Assembly (NCBI GenBank): GCA_964016885.1
Contig: OZ024742.1
Span: 119,536,001 to 119,600,000 of the forward strand
DNA length: 64,000 nucleotides
Reading direction: 5' to 3'
DNA from: Eledone cirrhosa
Taxonomy: Eukaryota
Shown here: in pieces, positions 62,129 through 64,000 of the stretch
Layout of the letters: each line of letters opens with the position of its first letter
Position numbering within the stretch: the first letter of the stretch is position 1
Position numbers and translations under genes: made by a program
Notes under the pieces: model-generated
The model's input: only the letters and a program-made list of their open reading frames with translations
What the model was told of the DNA's origin: nothing
Database searches by the model: none

Positions 62129-64000
62129 CAACAACAACAACAATTATACACACACACACACACACACACACACATAAACATATCTACACACGCACGATAG
62201 CAATTAACAAAGCTGCGATCGAATGTGGCTTTTTAGCCCAGCCAATGATCTAAAATGTCTTGCACAGAGTTGGCAACCAAAACATTCACTGGGAATAGCC
62301 GGCTGTGGTTGGAGTTCATGTACTTTTGCATGTCGTTTGAGCCCTCCTGCTGATTTATATTCTCTACCACATGCTTGGCAAGCATGATGAGTAGCATCCC
62401 CAACAACAGCCTGGTAGTCAACCACTGGTCTTACTTTATGACTGCGAAGATGACTTTCGAGTCCAGCTTTGCTTAGGCAGAGTCTCGCACAGACGCTGCA
62501 TGTTAGCAGCATAGGAGGACCCTCGCCGTCTGGAAGTGCAACAGCAATGCCCTTCCTCACATCCCGCTTTACTTTCTCGTATGCGATTCGAGAATGCCTC
62601 AAAGGTAACTTTCCCCTCATATACAGTCTTTCTCCATTTATTACGATCAGCAGCAACATTCTCCCATGTATCAGCAGAGATGTTAACCTCTTTTAAAGAG
62701 GCTTTCAAGGAATCCTTATACCTCTTTTTTGGTTTATGTGGAGTTGTTTTGGTATTCTAGAATCCTTCTTCCTGGTAAGGTGACCACTCCAAACGGAGTC
62801 TTTGCTTAAGCACAAGAGCTTCTATACTGTCACACAGAGAGCTTTCCAAAATATCGACATCACTGATGTGATCCCTCCATTGAATGCCATGGATCCGTCT
62901 GAGACACATCTGATGGAAACGCTCCAATTGCTTAAGGTGGTGTCGATATGTGACCCAGGTCTCGCAGGCATAAAGAAGAGAAGAGAGCACACATGCCTTG
63001 TACACCTTTACCTTTGTCTTCTTGCATATGTCTCGCCGACTTGCATATGTCTAGCTTTCCGAAAGCATCACTTGCTTTCCTAATCCTAAGTGAGATTTCA
63101 TTATCAAGGTTGCTGTATCGATTGACAGTGCTTCCCAGGTAGAAAAACTGATCAACCACTCCAAGTCGTTTACCATACACATAGATATTTGGTTCAGTGC
63201 AGGGGCAGGTTGGTACATGACGACGGTTTTCTTGAGACTGACAGTCAATTCTAGGGCAGTGCAAGCATCAGAAAATGCATTCAAAATGTGCTGTATATCA
63301 CTCTCTGCGTGCGTTACAAGATCGCAATCATCTGCATACAAGAGGTCTCTTATGATTGATGTAAATACTTTTGTTTTTGCAGTAAAGCGCCTGATGTTAA
63401 ATATGCTGCCTGAGGTTCGATATTGGATGTAAACAACAAGCTCGCAATTCCTGAATGCAATATAGAAAACCATTGTAAAGTATATGGCAAACACGGTCGG
63501 TGCTGGAATATCCCCCTGCTTCACTCCATTTTTTACTGAGATAGGCTCCGACATTAACCCAAGCCTTCATGTCGTCATGGAAAGACTTAACCAAAGCAAG
63601 GAACTTATCAGGGCAACCTAGTTTCTGGAGAACCTTCCATAAGGCATTTCTGTTAGTGGCAGTATCGGTAGAGGGTCGGACGCCATGCTTTGCAGCAAAG
63701 AGTTACAGCCCTTTATGGTCTGAGTTCAAATCCCGCCGAGGTTAACTTTACCTTTCATCCTAACGGGGTCGATAAAATAAAGTACCAGTAATACACTGGG
63801 ATAGTTGCTGGCCTTGTGCCAAAAGTAGAAACAAGTATCGAAAGCTTTTGTCAGATCGACAAAAAACCTGATACAAATCCAGACCTTGTTCCATGCACTT
63901 CTCCTGGAGCTGTCTAGCTTAAAAGATCATATCAGTAGTGCCGCATCCAGCACGAAAACCAGATTGACTTTCAGGAAGAACACAATCTGCAATGTGTGTC
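62019..64000 (-). mobile_element. RTE/BovB-like LINE (RT, three C-terminal C2H2-type fingers, 3' tail), running off the window
   Basis: LPESQSGFRAG, FVDLTKAFD, GVKQGD, LLYADDCDL, FFYLGS; fingers CSVC..H..H, CQAC..H..H and CQLC..H; tail hairpin at 62019-62055. Confidence 0.9.
63657..63833 (+). mobile_element. Family-1 SINE inserted in the RTE RT region
   Basis: Interrupts the KAFDT/NRNALW coding segment. Confidence 0.85.

Overview
This is AT-rich, repeat-dominated eukaryotic DNA; the SINE, RTE and microsatellite repertoire looks like a coleoid cephalopod, probably Octopus (inference from recalled repeat families). There is one convincing host coding exon: 29085-30434 (+), a 449-aa low-complexity protein with no recognisable domain. 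It carries an SH3-ligand motif (RELPPIP) close to a Src-type SH2 ligand (YEEI). Most other ORFs are transposon remnants or microsatellite artefacts. Retroelements include CRE-type, R4/Dong-type and RTE/BovB-type LINE fragments, about 20 copies of one tRNA-derived SINE, RTE-derived bipartite short elements in (TATG)n tracts, a solo LTR and Penelope-like inverted repeats with hammerhead-like motifs. DNA elements include two mariner derivatives, hAT remnants and MITEs, piggyBac- and Tigger-like MITEs and a nested Helitron cluster. All alignments were done by eye, so boundaries of decayed elements are approximate.
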